Assembly: GCF_000145295.1 (NCBI RefSeq)
Contig: NC_014408.1
Span: 1,290,001-1,322,000 of the forward strand
DNA length: 32,000 nt
From: Methanothermobacter marburgensis str. Marburg
GTDB taxonomy: Archaea; Methanobacteriota; Methanobacteria; Methanobacteriales; Methanothermobacteraceae
Reading direction: 5' to 3'
Shown here in pieces: positions 16,071 to 24,309 of the stretch (within the stretch, counting starts at the first letter, position 1; every line of letters begins with the position of its first letter). The translations under genes were made by a program, and so were the position numbers. The notes under the pieces are model-generated. The model was not told the origin of the DNA. It did no database searches and saw nothing but the letters and a program-made list of their open reading frames with translations.

Positions 16071-17167
16071 AGTTTTACGAGTACAGCGCCAAGGAACTCT
16101 TCAGGAGTGAGGGCATACCCGTCCCAGAGGGATCCGTTGCCAGGACCCCCCAGGAGGCATCGGAGGTCGCTGAGAATATTGACTCAGAGGTGGCCATTAA
16201 GGCACAGGTCCTAACCGGTGGCCGGGGAAAGGCGGGGGGTATAAGATTTGCAAAACCAGAAACTGCGGCTGATGTTGCTTCTGATCTCCTCGCATCCCGG
16301 GTTAAGGGTGAGGAGGTTAAATCTGTCCTGGTTGAAAGGAAGATTTCCATCGACAGGGAATTCTATGTGAGCGTCGTTATTGATAGGGCGGCCAGGATGC
16401 CCCTTATAATGGCAAGCAGTGAGGGCGGGGTTGATATTGAGGAGCTTGCAGCAGAATCCCCCGATAAGATAGTGCGTTACCATGTAAACCCCCTTGACGA
16501 GTTCCTCCCCTACGAGGCAAGGGAGATCGCAAGGAAGATGGGTCTTGAAAGTGAACTCATACCAAAGGTGGGGGCTGTGATATGGAAGCTCTACCATCTC
16601 TTCAGGAAGTACGATGCGAGGCTTGCCGAGATAAACCCTCTTGTACTTTCAGGTGATGATGTTATTGCAGCAGATGCAAAGCTTGAGGTGGATGATGACT
16701 CCATCTACCGTCACCGTGAATTCATGGAACTGGATGAGTATGAACCGGAGGAATTCGCCTTTGTTAAACTTGACGGTGATATTGCAGTGATAGGGAATGG
16801 TGCTGGCCTTACCCTCACCGCCATGGACCTCATAAAACTGAAGGGGGGTGAACCCGCCACCTTCCTTGATATAGGTGGTGGTGCCTCAGAGGACATCATA
16901 AGGAGGGCCATAAACCTGGTAATATCCCACCCTGATGTGAAGGTGGTGTTCCTGAATGTGCTTGGCGGTATAACAAGGGCAGATGATGTTGCAAGGGGTG
17001 TTGTGAATGCCCTGAAGGATGCCGAGAGGGATGTGCCCCTTGTAATAAGGCTCACAGGAACCAATGAGGAGGAGGGTCAGAGGATACTCAAGGATGCGGG
17101 GATTCCCTTTGAGACTTCCCTTGAGAGGGCCGCTGAGAAGGCTGTTGAAATATCAAAGGCCCTCTGA
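16067..17167 (+). CDS. sucC: Succinyl-CoA synthetase (ADP-forming), beta subunit
   Basis: 366 aa. MKFYEYSAKELFRSEGIPVP with an ATP-grasp N-terminal half and a CoA-ligase C-terminal half. Confidence 0.9.
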   Translation: MKFYEYSAKELFRSEGIPVPEGSVARTPQEASEVAENIDSEVAIKAQVLTGGRGKAGGIRFAKPETAADVASDLLASRVKGEEVKSVLVERKISIDREFYVSVVIDRAARMPLIMASSEGGVDIEELAAESPDKIVRYHVNPLDEFLPYEAREIARKMGLESELIPKVGAVIWKLYHLFRKYDARLAEINPLVLSGDDVIAADAKLEVDDDSIYRHREFMELDEYEPEEFAFVKLDGDIAVIGNGAGLTLTAMDLIKLKGGEPATFLDIGGGASEDIIRRAINLVISHPDVKVVFLNVLGGITRADDVARGVVNALKDAERDVPLVIRLTGTNEEEGQRILKDAGIPFETSLERAAEKAVEISKAL

Positions 17168-17235
17168 AAGAATATTTAATTTTTCATGACCAGGCTGCAA
17201 TATTCAGATACACCATCTAATTTAATTTCCATGAG

Positions 17236-17745
17236 CTACTGCTCCAGGGCATCTATGAGTTCATCGAGCCATCTGAGCCATTCTGTGTACTTCATGCTGG
17301 GGTATGAGATGTCTGCATTTGGATGCATGTACCTGCAGAGGGTCACTGTTTTAAGGTGTGGTGCAAAGGCCTTGAGGGTTGAAAGGCCCTGTGAACCTAT
17401 GTAATATGGGACACCTATGAAGCATACAAGGTCATAGTTGCCATTTCCATCGAAGCCCTCCCAGTCAGGATTTTTGAGGTTGTTTACAAGTTCGATTACC
17501 CCTATTATGTTTTTTCTTTCCAGTTTAGTTAACCTGAGACCTGATCCTCCGGTTAGGGCAACCTCCATTTTCCCTTTTTTTATTATTTTAACTATCCTAT
17601 CCACTATATCTTGTGGAAGGTCATTTAACAGCGACCCTACCACCATGAGTGGTCTTTCAGACTTTTTTATGGCCGATGCAACCATTTCAGGGGGCATGAC
17701 GGTTGCATTCCTTATTGATGTTAGAGCTGGGTTCCATGCGGTCAT
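17236..17745 (-). CDS. cdhB: CO dehydrogenase/acetyl-CoA decarbonylase-synthase complex, epsilon subunit
   Basis: 169 aa. NPDWEGFDGNGNYDLV and the C-terminal LDELIDAL match the CdhB pattern (DPNWPGLDGNGNYD in Methanosarcina, from memory). Confidence 0.85.
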   Translation of the reverse strand: MTAWNPALTSIRNATVMPPEMVASAIKKSERPLMVVGSLLNDLPQDIVDRIVKIIKKGKMEVALTGGSGLRLTKLERKNIIGVIELVNNLKNPDWEGFDGNGNYDLVCFIGVPYYIGSQGLSTLKAFAPHLKTVTLCRYMHPNADISYPSMKYTEWLRWLDELIDALEQ

Positions 17746-17805
17746 GCTTTCACAACATTTAAATACTTCCTTTACAATTATAATGATTAATAATGATATT
17801 TATAG

Positions 17806-20180
17806 TTGATGGCATATGGTGACAGCATGCCCAGAGCATCAAAGGATATAATAAATGTTAAGGGATTTCACCTTGAATTCGGTGAAATTGACGAATACCT
17901 CAAAAGAAAATCATGTGAGAGTAAGAGGGTATCTGTGGATTACGATGAGCTTAGAAAATGGGACCTTAATCTCCTATCCTATTTCAAGCCATTCTATGCA
18001 CCCCTCTGTGACCTATGCTGCATGTGCACCTACGGCAAATGCGACCTTCTAGGTAAGAAGGGTGCCTGCGGTATAAACCTCGAGAAACAGCAGGCAAGGG
18101 AGGCCCTATCAACTGCAGTTATAGGTGCATCGGCCCATGCAGCCCATGCAAGGCACCTCGTTGACACCCTTATCGAGAAAAAGCCCACATCAGAACTCCA
18201 TTATGATAGTTCAATAGACATAAAGACACCAATATCCACCACAGTAACCGGTATAGAGCCTGAAACACCAGAGGACCTCGACAGGATAATGACATACATA
18301 GAACGGGAGCTCACAAATCTCATTGCCTCAGTTCATACCGGCCAGGAGGCTGAAGTAACCGATTTCGAGTCAAAGGCCCTCCATGCTGGTATGTTAGATA
18401 CCATGGCGCTTGAACTGGCCGATATAGCACAGATAAACCAGTATGGACTCCCCACAGGTAAAGCAGATACACACATGCTGGAAATTGGAATGGACGTTAT
18501 AGACAGCACAAAACCTGTCATACTCTGCATAGGACACAACATAGCGCCCTCAGCTGAGATAATAGACTACGCAGAGGATATCGGTGCTGAGGAGGAAATA
18601 GAGATCTGTGGCCTCTGCTGCACAGCCATGGAGATGGGAAGGTACTCAAAATCATCGAAAATAGTTGGGCCCATATCAAGGCAGCTCACCTTCCTCAGAT
18701 CAGGCATTCCAGATGTGGTTGTACTGGATGAACAGTGCATACGCTCAGATGTATATGAGGTGTGCGGTGAAATGGGGATGGTTGTGATCGCAACAGGTGA
18801 CAAGTGCAGTATGGGCCTTGAGGATATGAGTGAAGAGAACCCCTACAGGATAATAAACCGGATACTGCAGGAAAAAATACCAGGGGTTCTTATAAAGGAT
18901 GGAAAAAAAGGTTGCCATGGTCGCTGTGAACCTTGCACTTCAGCTTACCCGTGGCAGGGACCCCGAAACATCAGGCCGTTTCAGGGTGAACTGTGTGAGG
19001 TGCTCGCCCTGTGATTCAAACTGCACGCCATCCAGGAAACCCGAAAAACAGAAAGATATTGACCTGAATTCAGTGCTGGGATACTGTGAACTCTGTGGGG
19101 AATGCAACCGTGTCTGTCCGGCAATGCTGCCCATCATGGAGGCAATAGATGATGCAAAGAATGGTGGCCTCCGCGCCATAGGGACCCTCTATGAAAGCTG
19201 CAGTGGCTGCGGCCGGTGCATGGAGGTATGCCCTGTGGGAGTGCCAATCCTGGATATCATAAGAGAATCACGTGGAGAAACCCCTGAAAGATTCCTCATA
19301 AGGGCCGGCAGGGGGCCGGTACAAGATATAGAAATAAGGAGGGTTGGTGCCCCTATAGTTTTCGGTGATATACCCGGCGTCATATCACTTGCAGGATGCT
19401 CCAACTACCCCTCAGGTGAAAGGGATGTGCAGATAATCGCTGAGGAGTTTCTTAAGAGGGGCTATATAGTACTTGCAGCAGGATGTGCGGCCATGGATAT
19501 AGCCCTCACACATGATGATGAGGGCAGGACACTCTATGAAAAATACCCTGGAGACTTCGACAGGGGAGGGCTCCTCAACCTCGGCCCATGTGTCGGGAAC
19601 TCCCATGCCATTGGAAGCGCCATAAAGATAGCCAATATATTTGCAAGGGTGCCCATGAAGGGGAACGCCGTTGAAATAGCAGATTACATACTAAACCGGA
19701 TAGGTGTCTGTGTGATAGGATGGGGTGCCATGTCACAGAAGGCATTTGCAATAGTCACAGGTGCAAACAGGTGGGGGTATACCTGCAGTTCTTGGGCCCC
19801 ACGCATCAAAGTATCGCAGGCTTTACCTGGGTGAATCCAGCCCAAGGGTGATAAGGGACAGGGCTGATGACAGCATTGTCCCCTCTGAACCGGCGCCACC
19901 CCACCTAACCTACGCGGCTGAGAGTATCAATGAATGCCTTGTAATGGCTTCAAAGATGTGCATAAGACCCAACGACACACCCCGAGGGCGAATGGTGAAG
20001 CTCAGCAACTACGTTGACCTGCACCTGAAATATTACGGCGATCTACCTGCGGATATTGACCTCTTCGTAAGGAATGAGAAGGAGATCCCCTACAAGCATA
20101 AAGATGATATAATGGAGATACTGAGGGAAAAGAACTGGAAGCCACGTGACCCGGTAAAGGAGCCCACGATCATCAGGTGA
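17806..20180 (+). pseudogene. cdhA: CO dehydrogenase alpha subunit (CdhA) interrupted by two +1 frame changes, at an A7 run (18903-18909) and a G5 run (19773-19777)
   Basis: Three consecutive ORFs in frames 1, 2 and 3 (17806-19014, 18899-19834, 19761-20180) together encode about 790 aa. Features: the N-terminal Cys cluster PLCDLCCMCTYGKCDLLGKKGACGI, an internal 2x[4Fe-4S] insert ([24 protein letters not shown]) and a C-terminal CODH domain. Removing one A and one G restores [12 protein letters not shown] and [13 protein letters not shown]. The exact start is unclear (TTG 17806, ATG 17809 or ATG 17827). Confidence 0.75.
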
Positions 20181-20185
20181 ATCCC

Positions 20186-20572
20186 ATGGGTGGAATAGTA
20201 ATCAAGAACGAACTGATGTGTTCAGGCTGTGGCCTCTGTGTCAGGGCCTGCCAGCAGGTTCATGGCAAGAAAAAAATGAAGTACGCAGAAAAACCCGTGT
20301 TCTGCAGACAGTGCAGCGACGCCCCCTGTTTAAGGGCCTGCAGGGTTGGCGCCTTTAAGATAATAAATAAGATTCCTGTCATTGACCCTGAAAGGTGTGT
20401 TGGCTGCAGGCTCTGCCTTGAGGCCTGTCCTGAAGGATGCATAATATTTGAAGATCTGATGGCAGACAAGTGCGTCCTGTGCCTTGATGCTGACGTTCTG
20501 ATTCCGGCATGTATTGAGGCATGCCCCAGCAGTCTTCTCAGATTCAGAGTGGAAATCAGCAAACACCACTGA
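20186..20572 (+). CDS. CooF/HycB-like polyferredoxin (four Cys-cluster motifs)
   Basis: Motifs CSGCGLCVRAC, CRQCSDAPCLRAC, CVGCRLCLEACP and CVLC...ACIEACP. AGGTGA Shine-Dalgarno 5 nt before ATG 20186 (the ORF track starts at GTG 20177, overlapping the cdhA stop). Confidence 0.8.
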   Translation: MGGIVIKNELMCSGCGLCVRACQQVHGKKKMKYAEKPVFCRQCSDAPCLRACRVGAFKIINKIPVIDPERCVGCRLCLEACPEGCIIFEDLMADKCVLCLDADVLIPACIEACPSSLLRFRVEISKHH

Positions 20573-20655
20573 ATGGTCCTCTTCACAGCCCCACTGGACT
20601 TAAATGATAGGGGGACCATGTCATCGCAAACATCACTGAATGGTCCTCTTCACAG
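20559..20655. repeat. 30-bp direct repeat with 1 mismatch (20559-20588 and 20626-20655) covering the stops of two convergent genes
   Basis: gcaaacaCcactgaatggtcctcttcacag versus gcaaacaTcactgaatggtcctcttcacag. Confidence 0.9.
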
Positions 20656-21718
20656 TGACGGTATGTGCCATTACAAGGGCGGATATTATTATATAGGTGA
20701 GCAGGGCCGATGAGTTAAAGGATCTGTTGAATATGAAAAGGCCCACCAGGCTCTGTGAGAGGAACGCCGCCAGTGAACCTATGAGCAGGGCCTCCCTTCC
20801 CAGGTACATTCTGCTCCCATTAAGCCTCTGCTCCTGATATTTTTTAAGAACCCTGAGTCCAGAGAAGGTGACTATCATGACCCATGCAAGGAGGAAGAGC
20901 AGGCCAAAGAAACCTGCATCAAATGCCACCGCAAATATCCCTGGCAGCATGTAGTCTATGTAGTCCTTCTTTACAACCAGAACACCATAGAATATGTGGT
21001 AGGGGAGGCCAAGGTTCTGTATCATGGTAACTGGAAGTGTGATGTAACCATCGGCGCCACCAAGGCAGGCTGATTTCCAGTAGCATGACCCCTGGACATG
21101 GCCCCAGAATGTGGTATTCTTAAGTACCAGCGAAAGGCTTGGGATGGTGTTCTCCTCAAGCCTTGTGATCCTGAGCATGGGGCTTAGAACACTTTTATGG
21201 AGAACCTTTGATAGGAACTCCATGAGTGCAAATGCTCCTGCACCTGCAAGGACGAATGATAGAACCGATTTTTTTGTTATCCTTGTGCTCCTCCTGAAAC
21301 TCTTTGACATGAGCAAGTACCCGAAAGCCCACCCAAGGAGCCATAAAACCAGGAAGGAACGGTGCATGAGTCCTCCTGCAATTGCTATTATGAAGAAGAG
21401 AAGCAGGGAGAGTTTTTTAACCGATGTAGACCTTATACCCGCCTCTGTGAGGAGATTTGATGATGCCACCATTGTAACCCAGAATAGAACCGCAAATGGG
21501 CCAAAGGGGTGTGTGAACTCGTGGTGTGAGAGGAATGGTAGGAGGAGAAAGGCGGCATCAAATGAGAATATTAGAGCCAGTATAACCGTTATTACCGTTC
21601 CAAGAAACATCACAAGACTCAGAGGTACTGCAACCACATTGAAGAGGAGTATTATGCCAACGTGGATTATCACTGCAACTTCAAGTATGAACTGAAGGTT
21701 ATTCTGAGCTATAAACAT
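20633..21718 (-). CDS. Polytopic integral membrane protein (about 10 TM) with one large external loop; function unknown
   Basis: 361-aa hydrophobic ORF. A loop of about 70 aa contains two Cys (GSCYWKSACLGG). There is a faint resemblance to polymerase/ligase-type (Wzy/SEDS-like) membrane proteins, not enough for a call. Confidence 0.65.
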   Translation of the reverse strand: MFIAQNNLQFILEVAVIIHVGIILLFNVVAVPLSLVMFLGTVITVILALIFSFDAAFLLLPFLSHHEFTHPFGPFAVLFWVTMVASSNLLTEAGIRSTSVKKLSLLLFFIIAIAGGLMHRSFLVLWLLGWAFGYLLMSKSFRRSTRITKKSVLSFVLAGAGAFALMEFLSKVLHKSVLSPMLRITRLEENTIPSLSLVLKNTTFWGHVQGSCYWKSACLGGADGYITLPVTMIQNLGLPYHIFYGVLVVKKDYIDYMLPGIFAVAFDAGFFGLLFLLAWVMIVTFSGLRVLKKYQEQRLNGSRMYLGREALLIGSLAAFLSQSLVGLFIFNRSFNSSALLTYIIISALVMAHTVTVKRTIQ

Positions 21719-21848
21719 GATATGGATATTGTATTAACCTACAATATATATCATTCTCCGATGCGGCCATCTGAATTGATGGATCACTAGGCCATGGACA
21801 GAGAAAGTAACTGAAAGGATGCCATCCCATTGATCAGTGAGCATGAAC

Positions 21849-21854
21849 AAAAAA
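21849..21854 (-). terminator. Oligo-T tract just after the DUF1002-like gene stop
   Basis: The minus strand reads TAA-AACCC-TTTTTT. Archaeal termination typically uses oligo-T. Confidence 0.45.
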
Positions 21855-21858
21855 GGGT

Positions 21859-22719
21859 TTATGGGGACGTCATCCCCACAATGTAGTCATAGATGCTCTG
21901 GAGAAATGCATAGATCTGATCAAGGATACCTGAGCCCCCAAACTGCTGACTCACACTTTCAAGCCTTTGTTTAAATTCCGTGAGGTTTCCCTGGGCCCTC
22001 TGGGATGCTGAAACCGAATCTGCAACCTGCTGAACCTGATTTTCTGTTAGGTTGATATTCATCTGCTGTGAAACATCAACGACAATGTTCTTTATCTCAT
22101 CAGGGTTCTGAAGGTTCTGATCCTGTGTTCTGTTCTTGACCTCATCAAAGAGCTGTGCCACCTCACCACCGGTTGCATTGGTTTCATTCACAAGCCTGCT
22201 CTGGAGGTAGATCTCCTCAACAGATGCCTTCTTGGCCTCTTCAGGTATTTTTTCACCCACAGCAACCTCATATGACTTCAGGACACCTGCAAGGGCTGCC
22301 TCCCCTGAGGCAGGTACCGGGGATGTTACAACCACGTAGCCGCGGTCAATACCAGATGACCTTAGGGCACTGGCATACATCTCAGGGGTCACGACCCTTA
22401 TTTTACTGGTATCCACAGAAACCTTGATTCCCTCTGAGTATGAGAGGTCAACCATGGCACAGGAGAGTATCTGTGATGGCGAATATACACGACCCGTAAC
22501 TCCCCTGGAGACCTCATTTACCTCAGATGCTGTTACAATCTTTATATTTGCGCTATTGATATCCTTATCGGTCTTTGACTTGAAGTAGTCCATCACCGCG
22601 TTCCGGTATGATGGGTTGCTGTCTGTTGCCTCCCCGAGTGTCACAGAGAACCCTGAGACCGCGAACACCGGTGCGGTTACCATGAATGCAACCAAAAGCG
22701 CAATGATAAGTCGCCTCAT
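21859..22719 (-). CDS. Secreted DUF1002-like protein
   Basis: 286 aa with signal peptide MRRLIIALLVAFMVTAPVFA. The central VTPEMYASALRSSGIDRGYVVVTSPVPASGEAALAGVLKSYE matches my memory of the DUF1002 (YpuA-like) core. Q/N-rich C-terminal half. Confidence 0.65.
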   Translation of the reverse strand: MRRLIIALLVAFMVTAPVFAVSGFSVTLGEATDSNPSYRNAVMDYFKSKTDKDINSANIKIVTASEVNEVSRGVTGRVYSPSQILSCAMVDLSYSEGIKVSVDTSKIRVVTPEMYASALRSSGIDRGYVVVTSPVPASGEAALAGVLKSYEVAVGEKIPEEAKKASVEEIYLQSRLVNETNATGGEVAQLFDEVKNRTQDQNLQNPDEIKNIVVDVSQQMNINLTENQVQQVADSVSASQRAQGNLTEFKQRLESVSQQFGGSGILDQIYAFLQSIYDYIVGMTSP

Positions 22720-22871
22720 AACAATACCTCCATTTATTAATTAATACATGAGGAGATATTTATATGTATTAATCTGTGGCCACGGAAACAAAATTTCTAC
22801 ATGAGGAGTGCCAAACAAAGCAAAAAACAAAAAAAGCTCTTACATTATAAGCGCCATATAAGCCACATAAC

Positions 22872-22878
22872 AAAAAAA
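22872..22878 (-). terminator. Oligo-T tract just after the taw1 stop
   Basis: The minus strand reads GTTGTTTTTTTGTT immediately downstream of the stop at 22882. A second T-run lies about 30 nt further on. Confidence 0.45.
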
Positions 22879-22881
22879 CAA

Positions 22882-23799
22882 CTATGCCAGGAGAACAACC
22901 CTGCTCTCCCTTGACTCATCAACGATCTCCATTCCACAGCTATCTGCAATGCTATCTGCAAATTCATGAACCTCATAGAAGAGGGGCATGTTGTCAATTT
23001 CAAGTCTTTTCCTTGAGTACCCGATGTACATGTAGGCCTTGACCTCAACAAAATCTGGCTGGGCCCTTTCTATCATCCTGGCGAACATTTCAGGTTTCTT
23101 CATGTTGATGTCCCTGACAGCTGTTATGCGCAGAACCTTCCTGCAGTTAAAGGATGGCATGATCTCAAGGGACCTGTTGAGAAGATCCCATGCGTCAGGT
23201 ATCTGGGGTCTGCAGAGTTTCTCATAGGTTTCCCTGTCAGGGGCATCAAGTGATATGTAGAGCTGTGTTGGCTCAACAGAGAGTGCCTCAAGATTGCTGG
23301 ATGCAAGGCCGTTTGTTACAAGAAACGTTGTGAAGTTCCTCTTATGGAACTCTGCAAGGAGCCCATCCATGTCAGGGTAGAGGAGGGGTTCACCTGCAAG
23401 GGATATTGCAGCGTTCGTGGGATCCTGCGCCTCAAGGACCTTTATCTTATCTGCCCTTTCATTGCCAAAGTAACCGCAGAGAAGTTTCCTCTGGGCCTCA
23501 ATCGCCCCCTCAATTATATCCGCCGGCTCATCATGGGGGCCATTCCATGCCGTTTCTGTTGAAGAGAGATCCCTCCAGCAGAAAAGACATTTTTGCTGGC
23601 AGAAAGGTACGCTGGGAGACATCTGAAGGCACCTGTGGCTCCTGATACCATAGAACTTCTCCTTGTAACAGAAGCCCTCATTGATTATGCTTTTCTTTGT
23701 CCAGAGGCAGGTTTTAACTGCTGAATGCCTGTTCTCACCTACAAAACGGTATCCCATTCTTTCCATTCTTCTCTGAGATTTTTCCGCATACATTGCCAA
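22882..23799 (-). CDS. taw1: Radical-SAM tRNA 4-demethylwyosine synthase (Taw1/TYW1 homologue)
   Basis: 305 aa. Motifs HSAVKTCLWTKKS and CQQKCLFCWR (radical SAM cluster), and AISLAGEPLLYP. The track start is TTG 23799; ATG 23793 is an alternative. Confidence 0.85.
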   Translation of the reverse strand: MAMYAEKSQRRMERMGYRFVGENRHSAVKTCLWTKKSIINEGFCYKEKFYGIRSHRCLQMSPSVPFCQQKCLFCWRDLSSTETAWNGPHDEPADIIEGAIEAQRKLLCGYFGNERADKIKVLEAQDPTNAAISLAGEPLLYPDMDGLLAEFHKRNFTTFLVTNGLASSNLEALSVEPTQLYISLDAPDRETYEKLCRPQIPDAWDLLNRSLEIMPSFNCRKVLRITAVRDINMKKPEMFARMIERAQPDFVEVKAYMYIGYSRKRLEIDNMPLFYEVHEFADSIADSCGMEIVDESRESRVVLLA

Positions 23800-24226
23800 C
23801 CCATCTCAAACTATCCTTGCTGATACACTGTTAATTTTCGTTGTGATTTATGTAATATAATATTATAAGATTGATCCTGGATGTGGGTCACATGAACTGA
23901 TAGACAAATGCTTCATAACTTAATACCTGTGCCCACATCAATATTAAATATCTGTGATCTTTAACGGTATCTTAAAATTCCATTCATACATATACGCCTT
24001 TTTAAGCCGTTTTAAGAGTACTGAAGGGTTTAAAAGAAGCATATTTCATCTAAAATTATTGAACAGATTTAAAAGCCATTCAATTATTTTTAAGCCATCA
24101 GAATTCCTTTTTGGATGAAATAAAACATTTAAAAAAAGAATTGGAGACCCGCAATCAATTCTTTACCAGATGCTCCCAAATCCAGAAATAAGCCATATAT
24201 AAGCCTTTTTGTCTTATTCGGGAAAC

Positions 24227-24242
24227 AAAAGTTTATATATAT
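24227..24242 (+). promoter_or_regulatory. BRE/TATA-like promoter AAAAGTTTATATATAT
   Basis: Close to the methanogen promoter consensus (A-rich BRE plus TTTATATA). It lies about 55 nt upstream of the GGAGG at 24298-24302. Confidence 0.55.
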
Positions 24243-24309
24243 GCTTGATGTGATTAAGGTCCATGGTAAGGTCCGGCGGGTATAGCCTGCCATTATCGGA
24301 GGCGGTAAA

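Noticed and set aside
17186-17404. 72-aa plus-strand ORF after sucC that could have been a tiny sucD remnant.
   Set aside because: It has no similarity to SucD (no CoA-binding GxxGxxG). It lies antisense to the 3' end of cdhB.
21111-21695. 194-aa plus-strand ORF.
   Set aside because: It is antisense to the 361-aa membrane protein, whose hydrophobic periodicity and start context are far more convincing.
22746-22808. An 11-bp repeat TACATGAGGAG (22746 and 22799) upstream of the DUF1002-like gene.
   Set aside because: It is short, has only two copies and sits in an AT-rich promoter region. That is not enough to support a regulatory claim.
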